Below, piece after piece: positions 48,601 to 57,776 of a stretch of 64,000 nt of DNA. Numbering within the stretch: position 1 is the stretch's first letter; every line of letters starts with the position of its first letter. The notes under the pieces are model-generated. The model was not told the origin of the DNA. It saw only the letters and a program-made list of their open reading frames with translations, and made no database searches. Origin of the DNA: an uncultured Methanosarcinales archaeon (GTDB taxonomy: Archaea > Nanobdellota > Nanobdellia > Woesearchaeales > WJKR01); contig CAZKVR010000005.1 in the NCBI GenBank assembly GCA_964556395.1, positions 1,470-65,469 of the forward strand, given 5' to 3'. Made by a program: the position numbers and the translations under genes.

Positions 48601-49310
48601 ATCCTTTCGAGGAGCCTGTGGAGTCGCCTTACCCTATCGAGCTGATAACCCCTGAAGAGGTGTTCTCGTACGTCAACGAGTCTGTCGAGGTGCCATTGTC
48701 ATTGGCGAACACGTGGAACGAGAGCCTCACGGACGTGACGCTCAACGCGACGACGGAGAACTCGTCGAACAACCTCAGCTTCTCGTTCTCGGAGAGCTAT
48801 TTCCCCACCTTGGCGACAGGCGAGAACCATTCGGTCACGCTCACCATAGATGGGTATCGCCAGGAGGGGCCGTTGTCGGTGATAGTGTCGGCGAACGTCG
48901 AGGACCCTGAGTATGAGGATTCCACTACTATCATGATCAACGCGATGGAGCAGAAGCAGTCAGGGGATGATGTGGAGAGCAGGGTGACGTTCGCCCGCGA
49001 CCTGTTGAATGAGAATCCTGAGTGCCAGGAGCTGAACGAGCTGCTCAACGAGGCTGAGAGGAAGCGTCAGCAGCAGGAGTACGACGAGGCTATAAAGCTC
49101 GTCAACACTGCCGTGGACGGTTGCAAGTACCTCGTCAACCACGAGAAGGAACCGACGACAGAGGAGCCCAAGTCATTCTTCACGGTCATGACGTTGGGTC
49201 CTGACCAGTTGCCGGTGCTCATCATAGGTGCGGCCATCATACTCTCGCTGCTCGTGTTCGGGATCATGATGATAATCTCGGGGCGGCGCGGCGGCAAGTA
49301 CGACATCTGA
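45624..49310 (+). CDS. giant (1228 aa) cell-surface adhesin-like protein with multiple cadherin-like repeats and C-terminal TM anchor
   Basis: N-terminal signal/anchor, recurring VNDPP/NDQPA/NHAPN/NDPPS cadherin-type motifs, very acidic, dozens of N-x-[ST] sequons, C-terminal LPVLIIGAAIILSLLVFGIMMIISGRRGGK. Confidence 0.6.
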   Translation: MNKNRLLATLAAALVILTPLLTGLSMDEGPFIDSKTTTEDELECAWTGSPDTTSQNATWYNGSTVHTGPNSISLSQNKSSIPSYTARKDENWTCEVTLSNGTATESLNTSVVIKNALPTAPNATDETLYEDQTREIKVESTDADNDTIRYSKLYESEPAYCEIGEYTGIITCDPTESDIGVSNATWLASDGDSDYIAKANVTYTVIEVNDPPTASVEDQEVLEGETFRYNITATDEEDHFPIDFTVESNLSSVNYTVLDDNEVQVYLGDDGVATYADVGTWWIRINMTDNGPSSNTPYDDPNGTATFNLTVNSTNHAPNITTDFETYDPEGVQGEEFVFDVNATDIDETDALVFGITSNCSLSNPWSIDTINGSASNASGRVNETLTNSHVACRWVNVTVSDDEETTWEAVFLNLTNTNDQPAIHEESFYSSNNGGDNMSNLTTVKGREFWYRVNATDPDELTYEDETLTFSDNSTNDIAVNETTGVVSFTPDDSHIGNHVIRVNVSDDDGAWAARDLHLEVKNNTAPQLQPLGNVTCKQDEQCEVFVEAYDPDPAENLEFTSNNTEVFPLSDYNETARVVDYTPTNSDVGTYRVNVTVEDRYGFTDVEEFTFTVNNTNDPPSLPEVDFGTVVADHPVNMIVEVSDPDVDIGLDNLSYNWEFLKDDQGLNETFAFIDEGNSSFTIGFTPDASHVGTYWVNLSVTDIGNLTDWENVSFEVLPKTSSPEVEGVMPYWNASANRTELDSFGNASLFTDRTVAVNVSENMSVAYDALITNDTGIENNSLTYEWFVDGEPNKTLTGVEPGANSSIEIPYGFFDAGDHEVVVRATDERYATVNWTWDVTVADVNRPPELRNPLDNVTLNTSTSISHYMSYRYGKVDNKSERLQLFYDPDDDLDGDGKRGEDTGEGTNLSYSITPEYDCSVASISHSGDDLDLKPKKEGTCIIKFRATDPAGEFVDSNNVWITVTSVQVEETETPVSSGGGATRPRPIPYPFEEPVESPYPIELITPEEVFSYVNESVEVPLSLANTWNESLTDVTLNATTENSSNNLSFSFSESYFPTLATGENHSVTLTIDGYRQEGPLSVIVSANVEDPEYEDSTTIMINAMEQKQSGDDVESRVTFARDLLNENPECQELNELLNEAERKRQQQEYDEAIKLVNTAVDGCKYLVNHEKEPTTEEPKSFFTVMTLGPDQLPVLIIGAAIILSLLVFGIMMIISGRRGGKYDI

Positions 49311-49512
49311 AGAAGGTACTGGTTCTTCAAGAATCCTTGTCAGGAGACGGTTTGCAGAGAAAGCCCGCATGGTATTCGGTGTTGGTGCTGTCAGTGACAA
49401 CCTTGATGTCGTTTATGAAGACTCATCCTTGCAAGAGTCATCCAGGCAGGAGGGGCGTGCACAAGAGCGAGAGTTTCTACAAACCCGTCAGGAGAAAAAA
49501 AAACGCTTATTC

Positions 49513-51162
49513 TTATCCGTGCCTTTGGAGTAGTTCGTAGAGGCGGTTGACCTGTTCGTAGTACGCGTGCTTGGCGTGCTCCGGCAGGGCGTGGTAGCGT
49601 CCGATGAGTTCCTTGTAGGTGCTCTTCGCCTCGTCCGTCCGACGCTCTACGATGAGCCGCTCGACCGTCGTGACGAGCTGTTGGAGGGTGTCCGCGGTTC
49701 CTACCTGGCCCTGTTGCGTGGGCGCTTGCTGTTGCGGTTCCGGTTGTCCTCCTTGCTGCTGTGCTTGCTGGGGCTCGTCGGAGTGTATGACGTCGTCCAG
49801 CTGGTGTGCTAGGGCGTCGAGGTCTTGCGAGAGCTGTCGTTCGTCCTCGCCGAAGTAGAAGTCATGTGATCGCTCTGCGTGCGGCCGGGCCTCGAGCGGT
49901 TGCTGCTCGGCCTTTTCCGAAGGTGCGGACTCCTCTGCGGGCTTCTCGCTCGTGGCGGGTTGCACTGATGGTTGCGGTTGAGGCTTGTCATCAGTCCCGC
50001 TCAGGGGTTGCTGGCCTTCTTGCGCCGCTTCCGAAGATGTCTCTGCAGACGCTTCCTGTCCTTCGTCGGGGTGGCCGGCGCCGTCTTCGCGGCCTGTGTC
50101 GTCGGGGTCTTCAGCCCATCCGGCGCTGGCGCCTGCGGCTTGTCCTGAGTCCTGCTCGTCTTGTTCGGGGTCTGCTTCTTCCGGGAAGAGCGATCCTGGT
50201 GAGCCAGTCTCTTGTCGTGACGCTTCTGGTCGGTCTTGAGGAGTCGCCTGTTGCGGCTGGTTCTGTCGTTCCTGTGACGACGAGGGTTGTCCTGGCGCCT
50301 GTTGTTCTTGTGAGGGTTGACCTGGTGACTCCTGTGAATGTGATTGCGCGGCCGGTTCTCCGGGCAGGTCGGGTAGTTGGAAGCCGTCCTCGGCCTCTTG
50401 TCCTCCTTCGCCTTGCTCAGCCTGGTCTGCGTGCGGCTCTTGCGGTGGCTGCTTGTGGGGTTCGGGTACGTCGAGCTCTTCGGCAGACGGGCGTTCCTGT
50501 GACCCTTGGACGGGTGTCGACTCGCCCGGCGCAGAGGATGCGCCCTGTTCTTCCTGCGGCGTTTCCTGCATGGAAGGCGGGACTTGTGATGGCTTCTCTT
50601 GTTGCTGGGCTTGTGGCGGCTCTTCCTGCGGAGAGTGTTGTTGCGCCGGTGTTGGTGCCTGGCTCTCAGGAGCCGGCTCGGGCACTGCGGGTTCTTCAGG
50701 CGTCGCCTGGGCTGCGGCTCCAGTCGCTTCCGCTCGCTGGCTTGATTCCTTCTCGCGCGTCGCTTTCGTAGTCTCCGTGCTTGCTGCGGATGGCGCCTGC
50801 TTCACCTCCGGCCCCTTTCCGTTGCCGAACAGTTTCGAGAGGAATCCCTGTTTCTTCTCTGAAGGCGACTTGATGAGCGCGTCGACTAGTTTGGAGAAGG
50901 TGGAGAGGACTTGCTGCAGCGTCTCCTGGGGCATCTCCTCGTCCTTGTACTCGATGGTGCTGAAGTCCCTGAGGAGCTTGTAGACGTTCTCCCTCAGTTT
51001 CTTCTCGATGTACACCTTGTCTAGTTCCTTGACGAGCTCGTCGAACGTGAACTCGTAGTGGGCGTGGAGGTATTCCTTGAAGAACTCTTTTATGAGCCTG
51101 TAGACCTCGAGGTCCTTGAGCGAGCGCTTGCTCTGCAGATATGCTATCTTCTTCTGCGTCAC
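49513..51162 (-). CDS. hypothetical protein with folded N- and C-terminal domains joined by ~330-aa Pro/Gln/Glu-rich disordered region
   Basis: 549 aa, no signal peptide, low-complexity PQE-rich core; poly-T terminator downstream (49495-49505 on minus strand). Confidence 0.4.
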   Translation of the reverse strand: MTQKKIAYLQSKRSLKDLEVYRLIKEFFKEYLHAHYEFTFDELVKELDKVYIEKKLRENVYKLLRDFSTIEYKDEEMPQETLQQVLSTFSKLVDALIKSPSEKKQGFLSKLFGNGKGPEVKQAPSAASTETTKATREKESSQRAEATGAAAQATPEEPAVPEPAPESQAPTPAQQHSPQEEPPQAQQQEKPSQVPPSMQETPQEEQGASSAPGESTPVQGSQERPSAEELDVPEPHKQPPQEPHADQAEQGEGGQEAEDGFQLPDLPGEPAAQSHSQESPGQPSQEQQAPGQPSSSQERQNQPQQATPQDRPEASRQETGSPGSLFPEEADPEQDEQDSGQAAGASAGWAEDPDDTGREDGAGHPDEGQEASAETSSEAAQEGQQPLSGTDDKPQPQPSVQPATSEKPAEESAPSEKAEQQPLEARPHAERSHDFYFGEDERQLSQDLDALAHQLDDVIHSDEPQQAQQQGGQPEPQQQAPTQQGQVGTADTLQQLVTTVERLIVERRTDEAKSTYKELIGRYHALPEHAKHAYYEQVNRLYELLQRHG

Positions 51163-51340
51163 TTCTCGCAGGAGGGCCTGCGTCTTGTCTGACTCTGTCT
51201 TTACGCCTTTGGCAGGAATAGCCGTTCACCCCTTTTTTTCCTTTTACGTGATGCGAGGCACGACTATTTAAATCTTTCTCTGTCTCTCCTCGAGGTGGAA
51301 TACAAAAAGTATTTAAACCACCCGCAGCACTGGAAGTTCA

Positions 51341-52348
51341 ATGTCTGATCCTTTCGAAGGAATGCAGGCTGAGGATCTGCAAAAAGAGGTGGAGAAGTAT
51401 CAGCGAAAGTTCGCGCTGATCAGGGCTGAGATCGGCAAGGTCGTCGTCGGCCAGGCGCACATCGTGGACTCGCTCATCGAGGCGTTGCTGTGCAACGGCC
51501 ACGTGCTGTTGGAAGGCATCCCAGGATTGGGCAAGACATTGCTGGTGCGTACGTTGTCGAAGATCACCGGCTCGTCGTTCTCCCGTATCCAGTTCACGCC
51601 TGACTTGCTACCCACCGACATCATCGGTATCACGACGTACGAGGAGGGGAAGGGCTTCTACACCGTCAAGGGCCCTATCTTCGCGAACTTCGTCCTGGCG
51701 GATGAGATCAACCGCGCCCCTCCCAAGGTGCAGTCCGCCTTGCTGGAGGGCATGCAGGAGCTCCAAGTCACCATCGGCAAGGAGACTTTCAGGTTGCCGT
51801 TTCCGTTCTTCGTCATGGCGACCGAGAACCCGGTGGAGCAGCTCGGCACGTATAAGCTTCCCGAGGCGCAGCTCGACCGCTTCTTGTTCAAGCTCAACAT
51901 GGTGTACCCGACGTTCGAGGAGGAGCTGAAGATATTGACGCAGAACATCACGACGAGCCAGTTCGACGACTACAACCTCTCGCCGGTATTGTCGCCTGAG
52001 GAGATAATCCGTGCGCAGCACCTCGTCAAGCACATCCGCCTGGATGAGAAGATCGAGAAGTACCTCGTCCGCATCGTCGAGGCTACGAGGAAGCCTGACA
52101 AGTACGACCTCGAGATGGGCAAGTACGTCAGCTTCGGTAGCTCTCCCCGTTCGAGCATCGCGTTGTTCATAGCTTCCAAGGCGCACGCCATCATGAGGGG
52201 TAGCAGCGTGGTGACGCCGAGCGATGTCAAGGCGGTGGCGCACAACGTGCTGCGTCATCGTATCATCCTCAACTTCGAGGGGCAGGCTGAGGAGATCGGC
52301 ACGGATCCCATCATCGATGAGATCCTGAAGAAGGTCCCTATAGTGTGA
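51341..52348 (+). CDS. MoxR-family AAA+ ATPase
   Basis: VVVGQAHIVDSLIEALLCNGHVLLEGIPGLGKT Walker A region and MoxR-specific spacing. Confidence 0.9.
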   Translation: MSDPFEGMQAEDLQKEVEKYQRKFALIRAEIGKVVVGQAHIVDSLIEALLCNGHVLLEGIPGLGKTLLVRTLSKITGSSFSRIQFTPDLLPTDIIGITTYEEGKGFYTVKGPIFANFVLADEINRAPPKVQSALLEGMQELQVTIGKETFRLPFPFFVMATENPVEQLGTYKLPEAQLDRFLFKLNMVYPTFEEELKILTQNITTSQFDDYNLSPVLSPEEIIRAQHLVKHIRLDEKIEKYLVRIVEATRKPDKYDLEMGKYVSFGSSPRSSIALFIASKAHAIMRGSSVVTPSDVKAVAHNVLRHRIILNFEGQAEEIGTDPIIDEILKKVPIV

Positions 52349-52366
52349 GGGGCTGGTGGTTTTCAG

Positions 52367-53269
52367 ATGGGTGTCAAGGATTTACGCGTTGAACTCACGC
52401 CGCATATCCGTAACGCGGAGATCTTCGCGAAGCGTTCCGTCCTGTCCAAGACCATCACGGGAAATTGGGTGACGAGCTATAAGGGTCGCGGCATCGAGTT
52501 CGCCGGCTACAGGTCTTACCAGTTCGGTGACGACGCCTCCCTGATCGACTGGAGGGCTTCGTTGCGTGCCAAGGAGCCCATGGTGCGGGAGTTCGAGGAG
52601 TACAAGAGCTTTTCCGTGTTCATATTGCTCGACGTCTCGAACAGCATGCTGTTCTCCTCTAACAAGAAGCTGAAGGCGGAGTACGCGGCTGAGATGGCGT
52701 ACGCGTTGGGCGAAGGTATCCTGCGCGGCGGCGACGCCGTCGGACTCGGCATGTTCACGGACGAGCTGAAGGCGAGCCTCCATCCGAACATCGGCCATGG
52801 CGTGCTGGATCGCTTCGCGCAGCACCTCAAGGATCCTTCGATGTATGGCGGGAAGTTCGACCTGCAGCGGGTGTTGAAGCAGACGGTGTCGTTCCTGCAG
52901 AACAACGCTATCATCATAGTCATCTCCGACTTCCTCGGGTTGCAGGAGGGGTGGCAGCGGTACGTGCGTATGGTGTCGCAGAACTTCGAGATGATCGGCC
53001 TCATGGTCCGCGACCCCCGCGACAGGGAGTTGCCGCGGCACGTCGGCCAGTACGCGTTGGAGGATCCTTATTCCGACAATACGTTGTACATCGATGTGAA
53101 TGATTTCGCAAAACCCTACAAGCGCTTCGTCGAGGAGGAGGAGCGCAGGATTATGAACGTGTTCGAGAGCGTGAAGGGCGGGATGGCGCTCATCACGACC
53201 GACAAGGATTATCTGGCGCCGCTCACCAAGTTCCTGCGGCAGAGGAAGTTCATCACCATGACGACGTGA
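52367..53269 (+). CDS. DUF58 domain protein (MoxR partner)
   Basis: Canonical position after MoxR; DUF58 ILLDVSNSM degenerate vWA-like motif. Confidence 0.7.
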   Translation: MGVKDLRVELTPHIRNAEIFAKRSVLSKTITGNWVTSYKGRGIEFAGYRSYQFGDDASLIDWRASLRAKEPMVREFEEYKSFSVFILLDVSNSMLFSSNKKLKAEYAAEMAYALGEGILRGGDAVGLGMFTDELKASLHPNIGHGVLDRFAQHLKDPSMYGGKFDLQRVLKQTVSFLQNNAIIIVISDFLGLQEGWQRYVRMVSQNFEMIGLMVRDPRDRELPRHVGQYALEDPYSDNTLYIDVNDFAKPYKRFVEEEERRIMNVFESVKGGMALITTDKDYLAPLTKFLRQRKFITMTT

Positions 53270-53275
53270 AACAAC

Positions 53276-54235
53276 ATGCACCTGACGTTCGAGAACCCTA
53301 TCTATCTCTGGTACCTGGCCAGTATCCCCTTGCTGGTCCTCACCCACTTCCTCTCTTTACGGATGGCGAAGCGGAAGGCGATGCGGTTCGCGAACTTCCA
53401 GACGTTGAAGCGTATCGCAGGTGAGAGGATGGTGACTAAGAATGTCAGCGTGCTCATCTTCCGAGTCCTCACCGTGGCGTTGCTCGTGTTGGCGGCTTCC
53501 GGTGTCAGGTTGTGGTACATGGCTCCGCAGAGCGATAACAACTATGTCATCGGGCTTGACGTGTCTTCTTCGATGTCGGCTAAGGATTTTTTGCCTGACC
53601 GTCTCGAGACGGCCAAGTCTTATGCTAAGGATTTCGTCGACACGTTGGGCGGCAAGACCAAGGTGGGGGTGGTGTCTTTCGCGGGTGTGAGCATGATCGA
53701 GCAGACCTTGACCGAGGATAAGACTGCTGTCAAGTCTTCGATAGATAGTATCAGTTTGACGAGGACTGGCGGTACTGACATGCCAGGAGCCCTCATTACT
53801 GGCACGAACATCCTCTTGTCCGAGCCTGACAATGGGAGGGTGATGATTCTGTTTACGGATGGCAGCTCGACGCTAGGTAATTTCGTCGGTGATTCCATGC
53901 GCGAGGCGGTCGAGTATGCGCGTGAGAACAAGGTCGTGGTGAACGGCGTCGGTATCGGCACCGAGAGCGCTCCTATCGGCTACTTGCCCGAGTATTATAA
54001 CATCTCGTCGGTGTTCGCCTTGGATGATCTGCGTTTCGTGACCAACCGTACGTCAGGCGTGACTATCCCTGCGAGCGAGGAGCAGGACTTGGAGGCCGCT
54101 TACGTCGACTTGTTGAAGCGTTCTGATGAGAGCCTCGTGGATGTGCGGCTCGACCTCATGGCGTTGGTGGCCGGCTTGCTCTTGCTGTTCATCGAGTGGG
54201 GGCTCATCAATTCTCGTTATAGGAGGGTTGCGTGA
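53276..54235 (+). CDS. von Willebrand factor A domain membrane protein (BatA-like)
   Basis: Two N-terminal TMs, vWA MIDAS motif VIGLDVSSSMSAKD, C-terminal TM. Confidence 0.75.
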   Translation: MHLTFENPIYLWYLASIPLLVLTHFLSLRMAKRKAMRFANFQTLKRIAGERMVTKNVSVLIFRVLTVALLVLAASGVRLWYMAPQSDNNYVIGLDVSSSMSAKDFLPDRLETAKSYAKDFVDTLGGKTKVGVVSFAGVSMIEQTLTEDKTAVKSSIDSISLTRTGGTDMPGALITGTNILLSEPDNGRVMILFTDGSSTLGNFVGDSMREAVEYARENKVVVNGVGIGTESAPIGYLPEYYNISSVFALDDLRFVTNRTSGVTIPASEEQDLEAAYVDLLKRSDESLVDVRLDLMALVAGLLLLFIEWGLINSRYRRVA

Positions 54236-54669
54236 TGGCTGCTTGGGGGGTGTTGTGGAGGCCTTTGGTGGTGAGCGTCGTGGTCGCCGCCTTGTTGTCC
54301 GGCGTGGGCAAGTGGTTGTGGGATGCGTATCATCATAGGCGTCGGGCGTTCGCTGAGGAGTTGGTGAAGACTGGCGGTATGCCGTCCGGCCATAGCGCCG
54401 TCGTGGCGTCTTTGAGCACGTCGGTGTTCTTGCTCCAGGGTTTCTCGACGTTGTTCTTCGTCGTGTTCGTGTTCAGCCTCCTCGTGATCAGGGATAGTTT
54501 TGGGGTTCGTTGGAGCGTGGGCCAGCAGGCGGAGCTGTTGAACCGGCTTGCCAGCCATGATCATGTGCGTCGTAAGGTGAAGGTCGTCGAGGGCCACACG
54601 TTGGTGCAGGTGGTGACTGGCGTGGCTCTCGGTATCCTGGTGACGTTGCTGGTGTTCGCGGTCTGGTGA
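54232..54669 (+). CDS. divergent PAP2-family membrane protein (DUF212)
   Basis: GGMPSGHSAVVASL motif typical of divergent PAP2 family. Confidence 0.6.
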   Translation: MMAAWGVLWRPLVVSVVVAALLSGVGKWLWDAYHHRRRAFAEELVKTGGMPSGHSAVVASLSTSVFLLQGFSTLFFVVFVFSLLVIRDSFGVRWSVGQQAELLNRLASHDHVRRKVKVVEGHTLVQVVTGVALGILVTLLVFAVW

Positions 54670-54709
54670 AGAAACCTTTAAAAACCTCTGTTTGGTTCTC
54701 TCGCGTGCT

Positions 54710-54781
54710 GCTCCTGTAGCACAGTGGTAGTGCGCCGGTCTTGTAAACCGGAGGTCGCGAGTTCGAATCTCGCCAGGAGCT
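54710..54781 (+). tRNA. tRNA-Thr(TGT)
   Basis: Cloverleaf: GCTCCTG acceptor, anticodon stem CCGGT/ACCGG loop CTTGTAA, T-arm GCGAG TTCGAAT CTCGC; TATA CCTTTAAAAA ~25 nt upstream. Confidence 0.85.
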
Positions 54782-54801
54782 TCTCAGGCACAGTTTTATA
54801 T

Positions 54802-56433
54802 ATGAGTTTCTGTCTTGCTTGTTTCATGCAGCCTCCTGGTTTGCGGTGGGTTTTCAGGTCCAAGCTGTTCCGTAACGCCCTTGCTAGGTATCAGGCCGCG
54901 TTGCGCAATCCTCGTAAGGCTCAGGAGAAGCTGTTGCTGCACATCGTCAAGCGTAATCGCAAGACCGCGTATGGCCGTAAGTACGGCTTCTCTGATATCA
55001 AGTCCGTTCGGGATTTCCAGAAGCGGGTGCCGGTCGTCTCCTATGAGGACTTGCATCCTTATGTCGATTGCATGCTGCAGGGGATGCGTAACGTCTTGGT
55101 GAAGGATAAGGTGGTGTTCTTCGCGACGACGAGCGGTACGACGAGCAGGCCGAAGCTGATCCCCGTGACGAACACTCGTCGTAAGCAGTTGCATCAGGAG
55201 TTGTTGCTGTGGATGTTCTTCCTGATGAAGAAGAAGGCTGTGCGTAAGGGCGTGAAGGGTAAGACGTTGTACTTCGCGGGTCCGTATCATGAGGATATCT
55301 CGCAGGGCGGCACGTTGATGGGGTCCATCTCCGGTTTCATGGCTTGGAAGACGCCTTTCTGGGCTAAGGCCAAGATGGTCGTGCCGCCCGAGATCTATAA
55401 CGAGATGGATTTCGACAAGAAGACCCGTATCATCGCGTTGAAGGCTTTGGCTACGAAGAACATCACGCAGGTCGGCTTCGCGGCTCCTATCGAGGTAATC
55501 TTGTTCTTCGATTACATCAAGCGTCATAGGCGTTCGTTGCTGAACGAGCTGAAACGTTCTGGTAAGCGGTGGCGTGCCCGGCAGTTGGAAAGGCTTGACG
55601 AGTTCACTCCTGCTAAAATCTGGCCGAACCTGTGCCTGATGAACTGCATCAAGTCGGATGCGAACCTGCCGTACCTGGACGTGTTGCGGGAGAAGGCCGG
55701 CATCCCTGATTTGACCATCCGTGATCCTGGCATCTATGCGAGCGAGGGCCGTCTCACGTTGGGCTTGACGGATGACGACCGCTCAGGGGTTGTGGTGGCT
55801 CAGGAGAATTTCTTCGAGTTCATGGAGCAGAAGGGCAAGGATGAGTACAGGGATCCGGTGACGATCGACAAGGTCAAGGAGGGTCGGAAGTACAAGGTGG
55901 TCGTCACGACGCAGGAGGGCTTGTATCGTTATGACATGGGCGACGTGGTCGAGGTCGTGGGTTTCAAGGGTCGTCTGCCGGTGGTCAAGTTCGTCCAGCG
56001 CGACCACTTCCTCAACATCGTGGGCGAGTTCTGTCCTGAGAACCAGTTGTTGGCGGCGATGAATGCCGTGAAGGAGCAGGAGGGTTTGGGTGTGGGAGAG
56101 TTCACGTTCCTCCCTTATACTCGTGACTTGGAGGATCGTCCGCGGTACGAGGTGTTGCTCGAGTTGGGCGAGAAGGCTTCTGACAGGGATTTGCGGTCGT
56201 TCGCCAAGGCTTTGGATGAGGAGTTGAAGCGTCGCGTCCAGGATTACCGTCAGATGCGTGAGGAGTTCGGTCGCCTCGGCCACTTGAGCGTGGCTGTCGT
56301 GGAGCCCGGTTCTTATCGCGAGTTGGAGAGGGAGCGTTTGCAGCGGGCGGGTCAGCCCAAGCCTGTGCGGGTTGCGAAGGATGTCTCGTTCCGGGATAAG
56401 TTCTCCGTTGTCAAGGAGATTGTCGTGAAATGA
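54802..56433 (+). CDS. GH3-family acyl-acid amido synthetase-like protein
   Basis: GH3 family blocks (FATTSGTTSRPKLIPVT adenylation motif, YRYDMGDVVEVVGF); start ATG 54802 after TTTTATATA box. Confidence 0.7.
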   Translation: MSFCLACFMQPPGLRWVFRSKLFRNALARYQAALRNPRKAQEKLLLHIVKRNRKTAYGRKYGFSDIKSVRDFQKRVPVVSYEDLHPYVDCMLQGMRNVLVKDKVVFFATTSGTTSRPKLIPVTNTRRKQLHQELLLWMFFLMKKKAVRKGVKGKTLYFAGPYHEDISQGGTLMGSISGFMAWKTPFWAKAKMVVPPEIYNEMDFDKKTRIIALKALATKNITQVGFAAPIEVILFFDYIKRHRRSLLNELKRSGKRWRARQLERLDEFTPAKIWPNLCLMNCIKSDANLPYLDVLREKAGIPDLTIRDPGIYASEGRLTLGLTDDDRSGVVVAQENFFEFMEQKGKDEYRDPVTIDKVKEGRKYKVVVTTQEGLYRYDMGDVVEVVGFKGRLPVVKFVQRDHFLNIVGEFCPENQLLAAMNAVKEQEGLGVGEFTFLPYTRDLEDRPRYEVLLELGEKASDRDLRSFAKALDEELKRRVQDYRQMREEFGRLGHLSVAVVEPGSYRELERERLQRAGQPKPVRVAKDVSFRDKFSVVKEIVVK

Positions 56434-56541
56434 AGAGTGTAGATTCTCTACCTACTGTCATCCATAAAGCTTTTAAATATGTAATGTTTTGCTATATTAT
56501 AAAATTCATTAAATTCAAAATATTAAAGAAGGTTCATATAT

Positions 56542-57072
56542 ATGCGCGTCTACGACCTCCCCATGGAAAAAAGGCTTCACGAGGCTGTCAAGGAGATGGC
56601 CTTGAAGAGCGGTGCCAAGACGCTCTTCGCTAAGGTGAACGCCATAGCCTTCTTCGAGCCAGAAGAGGTCTCGCTCGACGAGCTTGCGGAGCGCACAGGC
56701 TACTCGCCGGCCTCGATCAGCACGACCGTCAGGGATCTCGAACGTATGGGCAAGCTCAAGCGCATCAAGAAGCCCGGCACCAAGAAGGTGTACGTCAAGG
56801 GCGAGAAGAACCTCATCAAGTCCTTGCACGACCACTTCAACAACGCGTTGGAGAACGTCCTGAAGCCGATGGAGGAGATACTCCCCCCAGCCATCAAGGA
56901 GCTCAAGCAAGAGCTCAAGAACAAGGACCTCGGCAAGGAGGAGAAGGACCATCTGAAGAAGAAGATCAAGTGGTACGAGGAATACCTCGAGCAGAACAAG
57001 CGGGCCAAAGAGATATTCGACAAGATGGGACATGAGTTCAGGAAGCACGAACAGGAGATGGAACGCCCATGA
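56542..57072 (+). CDS. winged-helix transcriptional regulator (MarR/PadR-like) with C-terminal coiled-coil
   Basis: SLDELAERTGYSPASISTTVRDLERMGKLKRIKKPG HTH-wing; AT-rich promoter/operator with repeats upstream (56434-56541). Confidence 0.45.
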   Translation: MRVYDLPMEKRLHEAVKEMALKSGAKTLFAKVNAIAFFEPEEVSLDELAERTGYSPASISTTVRDLERMGKLKRIKKPGTKKVYVKGEKNLIKSLHDHFNNALENVLKPMEEILPPAIKELKQELKNKDLGKEEKDHLKKKIKWYEEYLEQNKRAKEIFDKMGHEFRKHEQEMERP

Positions 57073-57770
57073 CCAAGCAGCAAAGCGTCATCAGGATCAA
57101 GGACGTGTGGAAGACCTACACGATAGGCGACAACAAGGTGCACGCCTTGAGAGGCCTTAACCTAGAGGTCAAGAAAGGCGAGTTCCTCGCCATCATGGGA
57201 CCCTCAGGGTCTGGGAAGAGCACGAGCATGAACATGGTGGGCTGCCTCGACATCCCCACCAAAGGCCACGTCTACCTCGACGGCAAGGACATCTCGGCCA
57301 TGTACGAGTCGGACCTCGCCCAGATACGGGGGAAGAAGATAGGGTTCATATTCCAGAAGTTCAACCTCATCAACACGCTCACGGCCAAGGAGAACGTCAT
57401 GCTACCCATGATGTTCCAGGACGTGCCGCAGGAGGAGCGTTCGAAGAAGGCAGAAATGCTGCTCAGGATGGTGGACTTGCAGGAACGCAAAAACCACCTC
57501 CCTAGCGAATTGTCAGGCGGACAGCAGCAAAGGGTCGCCATCGCACGATCATTGGCGAACGACCCCGAAGTGATATTGGCGGACGAGCCGACAGGCAACC
57601 TCGACACGGCGACAGGCGAGAACGTGATGGGCTTCCTCGAGAAGCTCCACGATGAGAAGGGCACCACCATCGTCATGGTGACGCACGACGAGGAAGTGGC
57701 GAAGCACGCCGACCGGATAGAATTCCTCCGGGACGGCAAGATTGTCAAGACTATGAAGAACAAAAGGTGA
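57069..57770 (+). CDS. ABC transporter ATP-binding protein (MacB/LolD-like)
   Basis: Walker A GPSGSGKST, signature LSGGQQQRVAIARSL, Walker B ILADEPTGNLD. Confidence 0.9.
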   Translation: MTKQQSVIRIKDVWKTYTIGDNKVHALRGLNLEVKKGEFLAIMGPSGSGKSTSMNMVGCLDIPTKGHVYLDGKDISAMYESDLAQIRGKKIGFIFQKFNLINTLTAKENVMLPMMFQDVPQEERSKKAEMLLRMVDLQERKNHLPSELSGGQQQRVAIARSLANDPEVILADEPTGNLDTATGENVMGFLEKLHDEKGTTIVMVTHDEEVAKHADRIEFLRDGKIVKTMKNKR

Positions 57771-57776
57771 GAACCG

